Shown here: one piece after another, positions 55,465 to 64,000 of the stretch
Position numbering within the stretch: position 1 is the first letter of the stretch
Layout: each line of letters begins with the position of its first letter
Origin: an uncultured Clostridium sp.
GTDB taxonomy: Bacteria; Bacillota; Clostridia; TANB77; CAG-508
Length of the DNA: 64,000 nt
NCBI GenBank assembly: GCA_900555615.1
Contig: USMB01000001.1
Span: 64,470 to 128,469 of the forward strand
Reading direction: 5' to 3'
Made by a program: the position numbers and the translations under genes
Notes under the pieces: generated by a model
The model's database searches: none
Told to the model about the DNA's origin: nothing
The model's input: only the letters and a program-made list of their open reading frames with translations

Positions 55465-56175
55465 ATGATTATTACAATAATTTTTATGTTGGCAAGTTTA
55501 GGGTTAATTATATTCTTGCCGATATATGTAAAAAATAAAAATGATTTTTATAAATTAGGTTCGAAAGAAAAAATGAGTTTAAAAAAACAAAAGAAAAGCA
55601 TTACAACGATTTTTGGAATAGAAGAAATCAGGAATGGAATTATAAGTGCTAATGGTACTCGCTCAATAATTGTAGAACTAGGAAGCATTGAATATAGATT
55701 GTTAAATGATGAAGAACAAAATAATATAGATGTACTACTTACAAAATTATCAAAAACATTTTCGTTTCAGACACAATTTTTTAGCACGATAGAAAAAATT
55801 GATACGACAGATAAAGTAGAGAAAATAAGAGAAAATGTTGATAATCAAAAGAATAGTAAAATTAAAGAATATGGAGAGAGTATTATCGAATACTTAGAAG
55901 ATATAATGAAAGAAAACAATCTATATGTCAGAAAAAATTATCTAATAGCTTCATCAAACGAACCATTCTTAAAGGCGGATTTGGATTTGGAAGAATTTTT
56001 TCAAAATCTAAAATTCAGTTTAGCTGGAATTAAAGTGTCAGCAAGACTATTGTCTGATACTGAAATAATTGAACTTTTGCATAAAGAATTAAATAAAAAT
56101 TCCAATGAAAAAATTAAAAATATAATTGAGGAAGGAGGTATGGATTTTTGTGTTGAATCTAAAATCAAAGAATAG
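55465..56175 (+). CDS. T4SS-associated membrane-anchored protein (VirB8-like by architecture only)
   Basis: N-terminal TM plus a soluble domain of about 200 aa. It lies between the VirB3-like and VirB4 genes, and its end overlaps the VirB4 start. Confidence 0.4.
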   Translation: MIITIIFMLASLGLIIFLPIYVKNKNDFYKLGSKEKMSLKKQKKSITTIFGIEEIRNGIISANGTRSIIVELGSIEYRLLNDEEQNNIDVLLTKLSKTFSFQTQFFSTIEKIDTTDKVEKIRENVDNQKNSKIKEYGESIIEYLEDIMKENNLYVRKNYLIASSNEPFLKADLDLEEFFQNLKFSLAGIKVSARLLSDTEIIELLHKELNKNSNEKIKNIIEEGGMDFCVESKIKE

Positions 56176-58028
56176 AAGCAAAGAAAAAAAGATTTCTATT
56201 GAAAAGACCAAAAAAAAGAATTCAAAGAAAAAGCAAATAGACATATTTTCAAAATCACCAGAATTAATAGAACTAATCATTCCAGATTGTATTGAGGAAA
56301 AGAGAGATTACATAGTTTTAGGTGAAAATAGATATTCCAGAAGTTTTGTAGTATCAGCATATCCTAACAGAACGTATTTAGGATGGTTAGATAGAATTTT
56401 TGCGTTGCTTCGGAGATGTGACACTAAGTATTATTAGTAGACCTGCAAATGAAGACAGTGTAATAAGACAGTTAAATAAAAAAGTAACTATATTAGAGTC
56501 GGAAAGGCAAACTTATGAATCAAAAGGAAATATAGAACTGATTCATCCATTGGAGCGAATGATTTTTGATTATGATGATATCAGAAAAAAAATACAAATG
56601 TCAAATGATAAATTATTTTTTATAACGATATTATTAAGAATCAATGCTACTAATTTAGAAGAATTAGATGTAAAAAGTAATTTGCTTAAAAATGAGTTTG
56701 CAAAAATATCAGCAAAAGCGAGAACATTGAACTTTAGACAATTTGATGGATTAAAGTCAAACTTACCTCTAAATTATTTAAATATTTATGATTACGAAAG
56801 AAATATAACAACAAACGGACTGGCAACTATGTTTCCAATTGCAAATTCAAATGTAGCATCAAGTGCAAATGGAGTTCCGATTGGTAGAAATTATTTTACT
56901 GGTCTACCAGTATATTTAGATACTTTTGATAATAGTTTGACTAATCCTCATATTGTTATTTTAGGGGTTACTGGTGCAGGAAAATCAGTTGCAATGGATA
57001 CAATTTCATCGAGATCACTTGTTACTAAAAATACTCAATCAGCAATTTTAGATATAGAAGGTGAATACAAGAGAAGAGTAAATAGTTTATCAGGAAGAAT
57101 TATAGAAATAAAACAAGGGGTGCCAGCAGGTATAAATATTTTTGACATAGATGTTGAACAAGAAGAAAACGGACTTGAAAAGGTAAATATTCTAAACAAG
57201 GTGGCAGAAATAAGAGCAATTCTTTCAGGAATAATGAAAAATTATATGGACAGGACTTTGAACGCAAAAGAATTAGTGGATATCGAAGAAAGTGTAATAG
57301 AAACATACAGAGAAAAAGGTATAACAACAAATAAAGAAAGTATATATGAAAAACACGGTGGAAGACTTGGAGACAAACTTACACTAGGTAAAATAAAAAA
57401 GAAAATGCCAACTTTATCAGATTTTCAAAGAATTTTATCTAAGAAAAGTAATTCTAAAGAACTTTCAGAAATTTTAACAGGTTTCTTAAAAGGTAAAAGT
57501 TTAGGAATGTTTGATTGTACAAGTAACATAAATGTTAATGACTGTTGCATAGATTTTGATTTATCAAGTATAACAGATGAGGTAACTAAGTTTTATGCGT
57601 CAATGGTAATTACAACTTGGATAACCGAGAAATACATGAGAAGGTCTGATTTGTATGTAGAAAAATCGGTATATATAGATGAAGCATGGACAATGCTTAA
57701 ATATGAAGAAACAGCAAATTTCATTGAGAATTTGGCAAGAAGAGCAAGAAAAAGAGGCGTAAGACTTGTAATTGCTACTCAACTTCCAGAAGAATTAATA
57801 GATAGTGGGCAAGGTAGAGCAATACTAAATTGTTGTGGTACTGCAATTTTAATGAAACAATCTCCAATAAGCGTGGACAAAGTAATAGAATACTTTAAAC
57901 TATCAATCGGGACAAGAGATTTTTTGCTTAAAGCAAGACCAGGAGAGGCCCTTCTAGATATGGAAGGAACAATATCAGCTATAGCTATTGAAGTATTAGA
58001 TAAAGAAAAAGAAATGCTTAAAGTATAA
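56150..58028 (+). pseudogene. VirB4-family T4SS ATPase, split by a frameshift at a T5 run (56397-56401)
   Basis: The N-terminal ORF (IPDCIEEKRDYIVLGENRYSRSFVVSAYPNRTYLGWLDRIF) stops at 56435-56437. The next frame continues FGDVTLSIISRPANEDSV and carries Walker A GVTGAGKS and Walker B VYIDEAW. Removing one T restores a single ORF of about 626 aa. Confidence 0.85.
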
Positions 58029-58040
58029 GGAGGGATAAAC

Positions 58041-59492
58041 TTGAAGAAATTTAAGAAAATAATTGCAAGTATTATAATTGTACTTGTTTTTTTATGCTCA
58101 TTTATCCCTATATCTCAGGCTAGTTTTTTTACAAATAATTTAGGTGGAGGAGATTCAGAGGAAAAGTCTGAAATAGAAGAAACAATTGATAGTGATGATG
58201 GCGGAATATTTGAAAAGATAATTGCAAAAATGATAGGTGGAATTGCTGAAACAGTACTTAATCTAACAACAAACAAACAGTTTGGAATAGGTTTTCTAAA
58301 CTATGATGAATTAATATTTGCAAAAGGTTCAACAGATATATCACCATTTACTGAAAATCAATGGGATGACATGATGAAATGGTATAAAGTAATGAGTTTG
58401 ATTGCTGGAAGTTTAATATTAATTGTAGTTGTAATAACGGCCTATAAGGTGATTATCGGAGGATATAGCATAGATAAAAGAAATGAAGCAAAAGATAGCC
58501 TCATGAGATTATTTTTCGGTGCTGTATCAATAGGATTTGCTCCACTGTTTGTAAAATTTTTATTATTTTTGAACAATAATCTAGTCCATATACTTGTAGG
58601 GTATTCAAATGGCAGTTTAGATGATTTATTAGGAAATGGTGTAATATCGAATATTAGAACAGGGAATGCAATAGCCACATCAATAGTAATTGCAATGTTT
58701 GCATATTTATTTTTTAAGTTAAATGTAAAGTTTATTATAAGACAATTTACTATACTCGTTTTTACATTATTTACACCAATAATTTCCATAATGTGGATGA
58801 TTAATAAAAGAACAATCGGAGCATCAATCTGGTTTGGGCAAATATTAATAAATGTATTTATGCAGTTTATTTATGCTTTTTTGTTTTTAATATATATGAA
58901 CTTTTTGCCAAAATCAGGAGGCTGGGCAACATCTATTCTATGGGCAATGATGATATTACCTATTGCAGAGGCACTTCAAAATACTCTTCAAAACTTAATT
59001 TCACGAGTTGCGGGTGTAAACAATGATGAGTTAGCAACAAGAGGAATAGGAATGTCTGGAGCAATGGCACATAGTATAAAAGCTTTAATGTATCAATTCC
59101 AAAGTCCAAATACACAGGTAGCAAATAATAATACAAGTTTTTTAGGACGAATGTTTAAAACTGAAAGTAATGAAACAAAAGAAATGACAGAAATGAGGTC
59201 AACACCAATGGAGCAGACGCCAATGAAAACTACCAATATTAATGGAACACCTATGAAATCAAAGAACATTGCACAAGATGTGAATCAAACTGCTCAAAGA
59301 CCTAATTTTGGAAAAGCAATGTTTAATACTGGAAAAGAAGCAATGAATCTTGGAATGTATATGGCTGAAGGGAAAAATTTTGGAAATAGCAGAAACTTTA
59401 ATAAATTTAAAAACAATAATAAAGGAACAAAAACAGATAATAAAACAAAAGAAAATATTAGCATAAACATACAGGAGAATGATGAAAATTGA
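58041..59492 (+). CDS. Polytopic T4SS membrane protein (VirB6/TcpH-like by architecture)
   Basis: Signal peptide, at least 6 TM helices and a hydrophilic C-terminal tail. It lies immediately after VirB4, and TTG at 58041 follows AAGGAGGG. Confidence 0.5.
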   Translation: MKKFKKIIASIIIVLVFLCSFIPISQASFFTNNLGGGDSEEKSEIEETIDSDDGGIFEKIIAKMIGGIAETVLNLTTNKQFGIGFLNYDELIFAKGSTDISPFTENQWDDMMKWYKVMSLIAGSLILIVVVITAYKVIIGGYSIDKRNEAKDSLMRLFFGAVSIGFAPLFVKFLLFLNNNLVHILVGYSNGSLDDLLGNGVISNIRTGNAIATSIVIAMFAYLFFKLNVKFIIRQFTILVFTLFTPIISIMWMINKRTIGASIWFGQILINVFMQFIYAFLFLIYMNFLPKSGGWATSILWAMMILPIAEALQNTLQNLISRVAGVNNDELATRGIGMSGAMAHSIKALMYQFQSPNTQVANNNTSFLGRMFKTESNETKEMTEMRSTPMEQTPMKTTNINGTPMKSKNIAQDVNQTAQRPNFGKAMFNTGKEAMNLGMYMAEGKNFGNSRNFNKFKNNNKGTKTDNKTKENISINIQENDEN

Positions 59493-60211
59493 AAAATGTA
59501 AATACAAAAAAAATAATATTTGTACTTATTCAACCTCTTTTAATGCCTATAATTTTAATTGTAATATTGCTTTTGCTTGTTTGCTACATAACAGATATTT
59601 TTTATATAGGAATAGCAAATGAGGATAAAAGTAACATGAAAGAAGAATTGAAATATTATACACAAGCTGAATATACAAAAGAAGACTGTGATGTTTTTTT
59701 CGGAAGTGTTGAAGAGTTTATATCGAATTTATTTAATGAACAAATTGTAGAAGATGCTGACTGGCCTGTGTATGGAAGTAGAAAAATAACAAGTGAATTT
59801 GGATATAGAAAAGCACCAACAGAAGGTGCATCAACATTCCACAACGGAATAGATATTGCAGCAAGTGAAGGAACAAAATTAGTTGCTGTAATAGATGGAA
59901 CTGTAACAAAAACTGGTTGGAATGGTGCCGGAGGTTTTACAATAATTTTAACTTCAGGAGAATATGTATTTTCATATTGCCATTCTGACCCTAATTTTAT
60001 GGTTAATGTAGGTGATAAAGTAAAAAAGGGACAAGTTATTGGAAAAGTTGGACCAAAAAATATATATGGCGTACAAGGAAACCCATATGTTGATGAAAAA
60101 GGAGAATCAACAAATGGTGCAACAACTGGTACACATTGTCATTTTTCTATTAAAAAGAATGGTGAGTATATGAATCCATTAGATATATTAGAAAAAGGAG
60201 GCTTATTTTAG
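59489..60211 (+). CDS. Membrane-anchored M23 peptidase (T4SS cell-wall hydrolase role likely)
   Basis: N-terminal TM, then HNGIDI (HxxxD) and HCHFS (HxH). The gene overlaps the upstream stop. Confidence 0.85.
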   Translation: MKNVNTKKIIFVLIQPLLMPIILIVILLLLVCYITDIFYIGIANEDKSNMKEELKYYTQAEYTKEDCDVFFGSVEEFISNLFNEQIVEDADWPVYGSRKITSEFGYRKAPTEGASTFHNGIDIAASEGTKLVAVIDGTVTKTGWNGAGGFTIILTSGEYVFSYCHSDPNFMVNVGDKVKKGQVIGKVGPKNIYGVQGNPYVDEKGESTNGATTGTHCHFSIKKNGEYMNPLDILEKGGLF

Positions 60212-60625
60212 ATGGTAGTTATATATACTGGAAGTAATGAAATTGATAAAATCTTAGAAAGTGAAATAAAAGGCTCAATGGTGGTTAGTTACGCAGATTT
60301 TATTATAGAAGATGATAAATTTAGAAATCAAACAGTAATATTAGCAAGTAGTGCGATAGAAAAAGATTTTAGAGAATTTTTATTTTTACTTAGAAGTAAG
60401 AATATTAGAGTAATTTTACTGCTTAAAAACGAAAAATCAAAAGAAACAAAAATTGCTTTGGAAAGTGGAATATATGATTTGGTATTTGGAAACTTTTATC
60501 CAAGTCAAATAAAAGAAATATTGGATAATCCAAAGAAATTCGAAGATATTGCGAAAATATATAAAAAACAATTTAATTTACAAATAAAAAAAGGAAGGGG
60601 TGAAAAAATGAATGAAAAAAGGTAA
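60212..60625 (+). CDS. Hypothetical cytoplasmic protein (alternating beta/alpha pattern; no acidic-pocket residues of receiver domains)
   Basis: ORF contiguous with its neighbours. No motif recognised. Confidence 0.4.
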   Translation: MVVIYTGSNEIDKILESEIKGSMVVSYADFIIEDDKFRNQTVILASSAIEKDFREFLFLLRSKNIRVILLLKNEKSKETKIALESGIYDLVFGNFYPSQIKEILDNPKKFEDIAKIYKKQFNLQIKKGRGEKMNEKR

Positions 60626-61301
60626 GAAGATATTAATTACAACGCTTATAATTATAGTGTTTATAGGAATAGTATTTTTTACATATAAGGTATTAGCTGA
60701 AAGACAAAGAGCAAATAAAAATCAAGAATACAAGTTAAATGGGTACATCATAAAAACTATTGAAAAACAAAAAGATGATTTTGACGACAACGTATTAGAT
60801 GAAAACATAATATTAGAAGAACATACTACAACTGAAACGAATAATGTGAATATCACGAAACAAATTATGTATGATGGAATATTATCTGAAACTAATTTAG
60901 AATATGATGATAATTCAATAGGTATAATAGAAGTTCCTAAAATAGGATTAGTAGCACCAATTAAAGATGGAACAGATTTAGAAATATTAGCAAAATATGT
61001 AGGACATTTCAGCAATAGTAGTGTTTGGGATGGCAATGTAGCACTTGCAGCACACAATAGAGGAACTTCTGTTAAACATTATTTTGACAGAATCAATGAA
61101 TTAGTAAACGGAGATATAATTATATATAAGAGCAAATTAGGTGAAAGAACTTACGAAGTAATCAGTAGTAAAGAAATAGCAAGTACTGATTGGTCTGTAA
61201 CAGAGAACAATGCCAATGAAAACAATACAATTACTCTAATTACATGCATTAAAAACCAACCAGAAAAAAGATTATGCATAGTTGCTAAAGAAAAAAATTA
61301 A
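60612..61301 (+). CDS. Sortase family transpeptidase
   Basis: N-terminal TM, His context ALAAHNRG, catalytic Cys in TLITC and downstream Arg (EKRLCIVA). Confidence 0.85.
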   Translation: MKKGKKILITTLIIIVFIGIVFFTYKVLAERQRANKNQEYKLNGYIIKTIEKQKDDFDDNVLDENIILEEHTTTETNNVNITKQIMYDGILSETNLEYDDNSIGIIEVPKIGLVAPIKDGTDLEILAKYVGHFSNSSVWDGNVALAAHNRGTSVKHYFDRINELVNGDIIIYKSKLGERTYEVISSKEIASTDWSVTENNANENNTITLITCIKNQPEKRLCIVAKEKN

Positions 61302-61395
61302 CTCAAATTTTTTCTCAAGTTGAAAATTGCATATTTCAGATCCTATACTTGTAAAAAGAAACTATGAAAGTTTCAAATCAAAGGAGGGATTTTTT

Positions 61396-62205
61396 ATGCG
61401 AAAAAAACTTATAATAGGAATTGTCACAATGGTTTTAACTATAATATTTGGAAAATGTGAAATTTTAGAAAAAACAGAAACCAATATTGAGGCTATATCT
61501 AAAGAAGAGATTACAAAGCAAGAAGAAATTGAAGTAGAAGAAAAAATACTAATTGCTAAGGAGGAAATTGCAACAGAAGCGAAAGAAGAGGAAATAGTAG
61601 ACTTACAAACAAAAGAAAAACAAGAAATTGAAACAACAGCAAAGGAGGTGATAAAGACTGAAATACCAAAGAAAGAAGAAAGTTTGGGTTCAAAAGAAAT
61701 ACAAAAAATGGATGTTGTAATTAATAAAAGTCCAGGGGAAATAAATGGACCAGGAGAAAATAAATTTCAAGAAGAGAAAATTGAAGAACCTATCAAAACA
61801 ACGGAAAGTCAAGAGGAACAAAAGATTAAGACGGAAGAAAACATATTAATAGAAACAAAACAAGCAGAAATACCAGAAAAAATACAAGAAGAAAAAATGG
61901 TACAAGATTCAAAAGAAAAGATGATATATAATAAAAATGCTACACAAAAATTAATTGATGATATAAATGAATTTGCTAAGCAAAATACTAGCCTTTGGGA
62001 TGCAAACGGAAACAAATTATATAAAATTGAAATAGTAGAAAGCTTAGTTGGTGGAAATTATATGTCTCCATATAAAAAACATCAAGTTGCAGGGGTAGTA
62101 TTAAACGTTTTTCCTGTAAAATTTTTAGTGTATGCGATTGACATAGAAAAAGATGGATTCACAAAAGAAACAAGATATTATATTGATGTAGCAAGTTTAA
62201 ATTAA
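61396..62205 (+). CDS. Secreted/anchored E/K/I-rich hypothetical protein
   Basis: ATG at 61396 follows AAGGAGGG. The protein has an N-terminal hydrophobic segment, a low-complexity E/K-rich region of about 170 aa and a globular C-terminal region of about 90 aa. Confidence 0.45.
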   Translation: MRKKLIIGIVTMVLTIIFGKCEILEKTETNIEAISKEEITKQEEIEVEEKILIAKEEIATEAKEEEIVDLQTKEKQEIETTAKEVIKTEIPKKEESLGSKEIQKMDVVINKSPGEINGPGENKFQEEKIEEPIKTTESQEEQKIKTEENILIETKQAEIPEKIQEEKMVQDSKEKMIYNKNATQKLIDDINEFAKQNTSLWDANGNKLYKIEIVESLVGGNYMSPYKKHQVAGVVLNVFPVKFLVYAIDIEKDGFTKETRYYIDVASLN

Positions 62206-62264
62206 AAAAGAGAAAGCATTAGTCTAAAAAAGACGATGCTTTTTTTAGTGGAAGGAGAATTTTA

Positions 62265-64000
62265 ATGAAAAATAAAAAAGTTCAAAAAATAACAAGTTCA
62301 TTTATACTAGTATTTATGATACTTGCTCAATTTATAACAGTACTTAATCCAGTATTAGCGGCCTCAATAGGAGATGTAGTAGATATAGTGTCTCTTGGAG
62401 AATGTGGAAGAGACTTATTATATCAAAAAGATACAGGAGTAATCACTAGTGTAATAACCCATCATGTAGTTTATAATGAAAATGGAAAACAATATCCAGT
62501 ATACTGCCTAGATGTAACATTGCCAGGAGTTGATTCAGAAGACGACAGTTATGGGGTAACAGTGGGCTCTATGGATCAAATTGCAAATAATCAAGCTGTA
62601 TGGAGAGTTATAATGAATGGATATCCATATAAAACAGCAGCAGAAATGGGATTAGAAACTGATGGACAAGCTTTTCAAGTAACAAAACAAGCAATCTATT
62701 GTGTATTAGGACAAAAAGACCCAAGCAGATATTATGGAAAAGGTGATATAGGAAAAGCACAAGCAAATAAAGTAAAAGAATTAGCTAATATAGGTCTTAA
62801 CGGGACACAGACATATACAGATCCTGTTATAACTACAACGGCTACAACAACAGCAGGCATAGACAACATAAATTCTAATTATATTTCACAAACATTTGTA
62901 ATAGATAGTTCAGTAAATGCAAAAGATATAAAAGTTATACTAGATACAACATCTGCACCAGAAGGAACTATAGTAACAGACATAAATAATAATGCAAAAT
63001 CAACATTTGACAAAGGTGAAAGTTTCAAAATATTAATTCCAAGAGCAAATGCAAGGGGTGAAATAAAAGTAAATTATAGTGTAAGTGGACAATGTGAAAG
63101 TTATCCAATATTAATGGGAAAAGCTCCAAATACCTCACTACAAGATTATGTATTAACAACAGATCCTTTTATTTTAAGTAACGCAAGAGGAACAATGAGT
63201 TACAAAGCAACGGGAAAAATTGAAATATCAAAAATTTCATACGGTGAAAGTGAAATCACGGGTACAAAAGATGGTGAAGGATTAGAAGGAGCAACATTCA
63301 CAGTAGAATCAGAAGATGGAACATTTAAAACACAAGGAACAACAGATGCAAATGGAAAATTTGTAGTATCTGGCTTACAAACAGGAAAATATATTGTAAC
63401 AGAGGAGTCTGCTCCAGATTATTTCTTAAAAGGAAAAGAAATTGAATTTGAAGTGATTATTGAAAATGATGGAGATGTTCAAAAAGTTACAGTTAATAAT
63501 ATTCCAGTTGATATTAAGGTGAATGTTGAAAAAGAAGTAGATAAAACAGAAGCACAAGTAAATGAAACAGTAACATATGAAATAGATAATATTAAAAATT
63601 TATCTAATGTTAGATTAGACAATTTTACTTTAACAGATAACCTTCCAAAAGAAGTAAGAATACAAAAATTAGAAACAGGTATATACAATCAAGATTTAAA
63701 ATATTCAGTAGAATATAGTACAAATAAGAAATCAAATGTGAAATTACAAGATGGATTAAGTACAAAAATAAATAATATACTAGATTTCTCAAACATACAA
63801 CTTTCTGATGGTGAATATGTAACATCTTATAGTTTAAAATTTGGAACAGTAAAAATAGGATTTTCAAATACATCAAAAATGAAAATTGAAACAAAAGTTG
63901 CTGAAGGAGTGGCTGATAAAACTACATTTGTAAATAATGTTAATGTAAATGGAGTTTATTTGGAAGCAAAAGCAGAAGATAATGATGATGCAAAAGTAAA
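62265..64000 (+). CDS. Surface adhesin with thioester (TQXA-type) domain and CnaB/SpaA-type repeats; 3' end beyond the window
   Basis: I translated this by hand because it is absent from the ORF track (there is no stop in the window). The protein starts MKNKKVQKITSSFILVFMILAQFITVLNPVLAA, a signal peptide. It has the thioester Cys context QYPVYCLDV and the Gln context FQVTKQAIYCV, then a CnaB-like segment GATFTVESEDGTFKTQGTTDANGKFVVSGLQTGKYIVTEESAPDYF. Confidence 0.8.
   Translation, partial: MKNKKVQKITSSFILVFMILAQFITVLNPVLAASIGDVVDIVSLGECGRDLLYQKDTGVITSVITHHVVYNENGKQYPVYCLDVTLPGVDSEDDSYGVTVGSMDQIANNQAVWRVIMNGYPYKTAAEMGLETDGQAFQVTKQAIYCVLGQKDPSRYYGKGDIGKAQANKVKELANIGLNGTQTYTDPVITTTATTTAGIDNINSNYISQTFVIDSSVNAKDIKVILDTTSAPEGTIVTDINNNAKSTFDKGESFKILIPRANARGEIKVNYSVSGQCESYPILMGKAPNTSLQDYVLTTDPFILSNARGTMSYKATGKIEISKISYGESEITGTKDGEGLEGATFTVESEDGTFKTQGTTDANGKFVVSGLQTGKYIVTEESAPDYFLKGKEIEFEVIIENDGDVQKVTVNNIPVDIKVNVEKEVDKTEAQVNETVTYEIDNIKNLSNVRLDNFTLTDNLPKEVRIQKLETGIYNQDLKYSVEYSTNKKSNVKLQDGLSTKINNILDFSNIQLSDGEYVTSYSLKFGTVKIGFSNTSKMKIETKVAEGVADKTTFVNNVNVNGVYLEAKAEDNDDAKV

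Noticed and set aside
61500-61900. E/K-rich repetitive stretch as a DNA tandem repeat
   Set aside because: It is low-complexity coding sequence without a fixed repeat period at the nucleotide level.
1-64000. General homopolymer sequencing error as the explanation for both island frameshifts; also a search for tRNA, rRNA and CRISPR
   Set aside because: About 50 housekeeping ORFs containing many A/T runs of 7-9 nt are intact, so pervasive indel error is unlikely, although the two individual sites still need read-level checks. No intergenic segment is long or GC-rich enough to hold a tRNA or rRNA, and no repeat-spacer array is present.

Overview
AT-rich (about 30% GC by eye) chromosomal segment from an endospore-forming Firmicute, Clostridia-like (inference from gene content: a complete spoIIIAA-AH operon, a GerA-family germinant receptor subunit and a YaaH-like GH18 protein). 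Positions 1-53.3 kb are densely packed housekeeping genes, mostly on the + strand. They include M23 peptidases, a Ctp protease, pgsA, greA, lexA, a class A PBP, cysS, argS, deoD, a small alarmone synthetase, rny, an SOS-box-controlled Y-family polymerase and cca. Further along are a PBP5/PBP2a-like class B PBP, a dGTPase-like HD protein, gpmA, LiaF/LiaG-like proteins, an ABC-2 transporter operon, yebC, spoIIIA, rubrerythrin and prfB with its programmed +1 frameshift. The block ends with a short aspartokinase, malQ, pfk and a TetR-controlled heterodimeric ABC exporter. From about 53.3 kb to the window end the content switches to an accessory, conjugation-like island. It carries a replisome-organizer-like HTH protein, small membrane proteins (VirB2-like, PrgI/VirB3-like), a VirB4 ATPase, a VirB6-like polytopic protein, an M23 hydrolase, a sortase and a thioester/CnaB-type surface adhesin that runs off the window. 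No relaxase, coupling protein or integrase is visible, and two island genes are broken at T-runs. Three observations are most worth follow-up. (1) A dispersed family of T/A-run-flanked palindromic units (cores GGGTCGGTCC / TACCCGGTA, flank CAAATT) occurs at five intergenic loci, as long hairpins or as solitary or tandem half-units. (2) A four-gene operon links an ABC-2 transporter to a double zinc-ribbon membrane protein and a 615-aa PH-like/glycine-zipper membrane protein that I cannot assign. (3) The organisation and decay state of the T4SS island are unusual. No rRNA, tRNA or CRISPR array was seen. All coordinates, counts and motif calls were made by hand from the sequence and the ORF track; no database search was possible.
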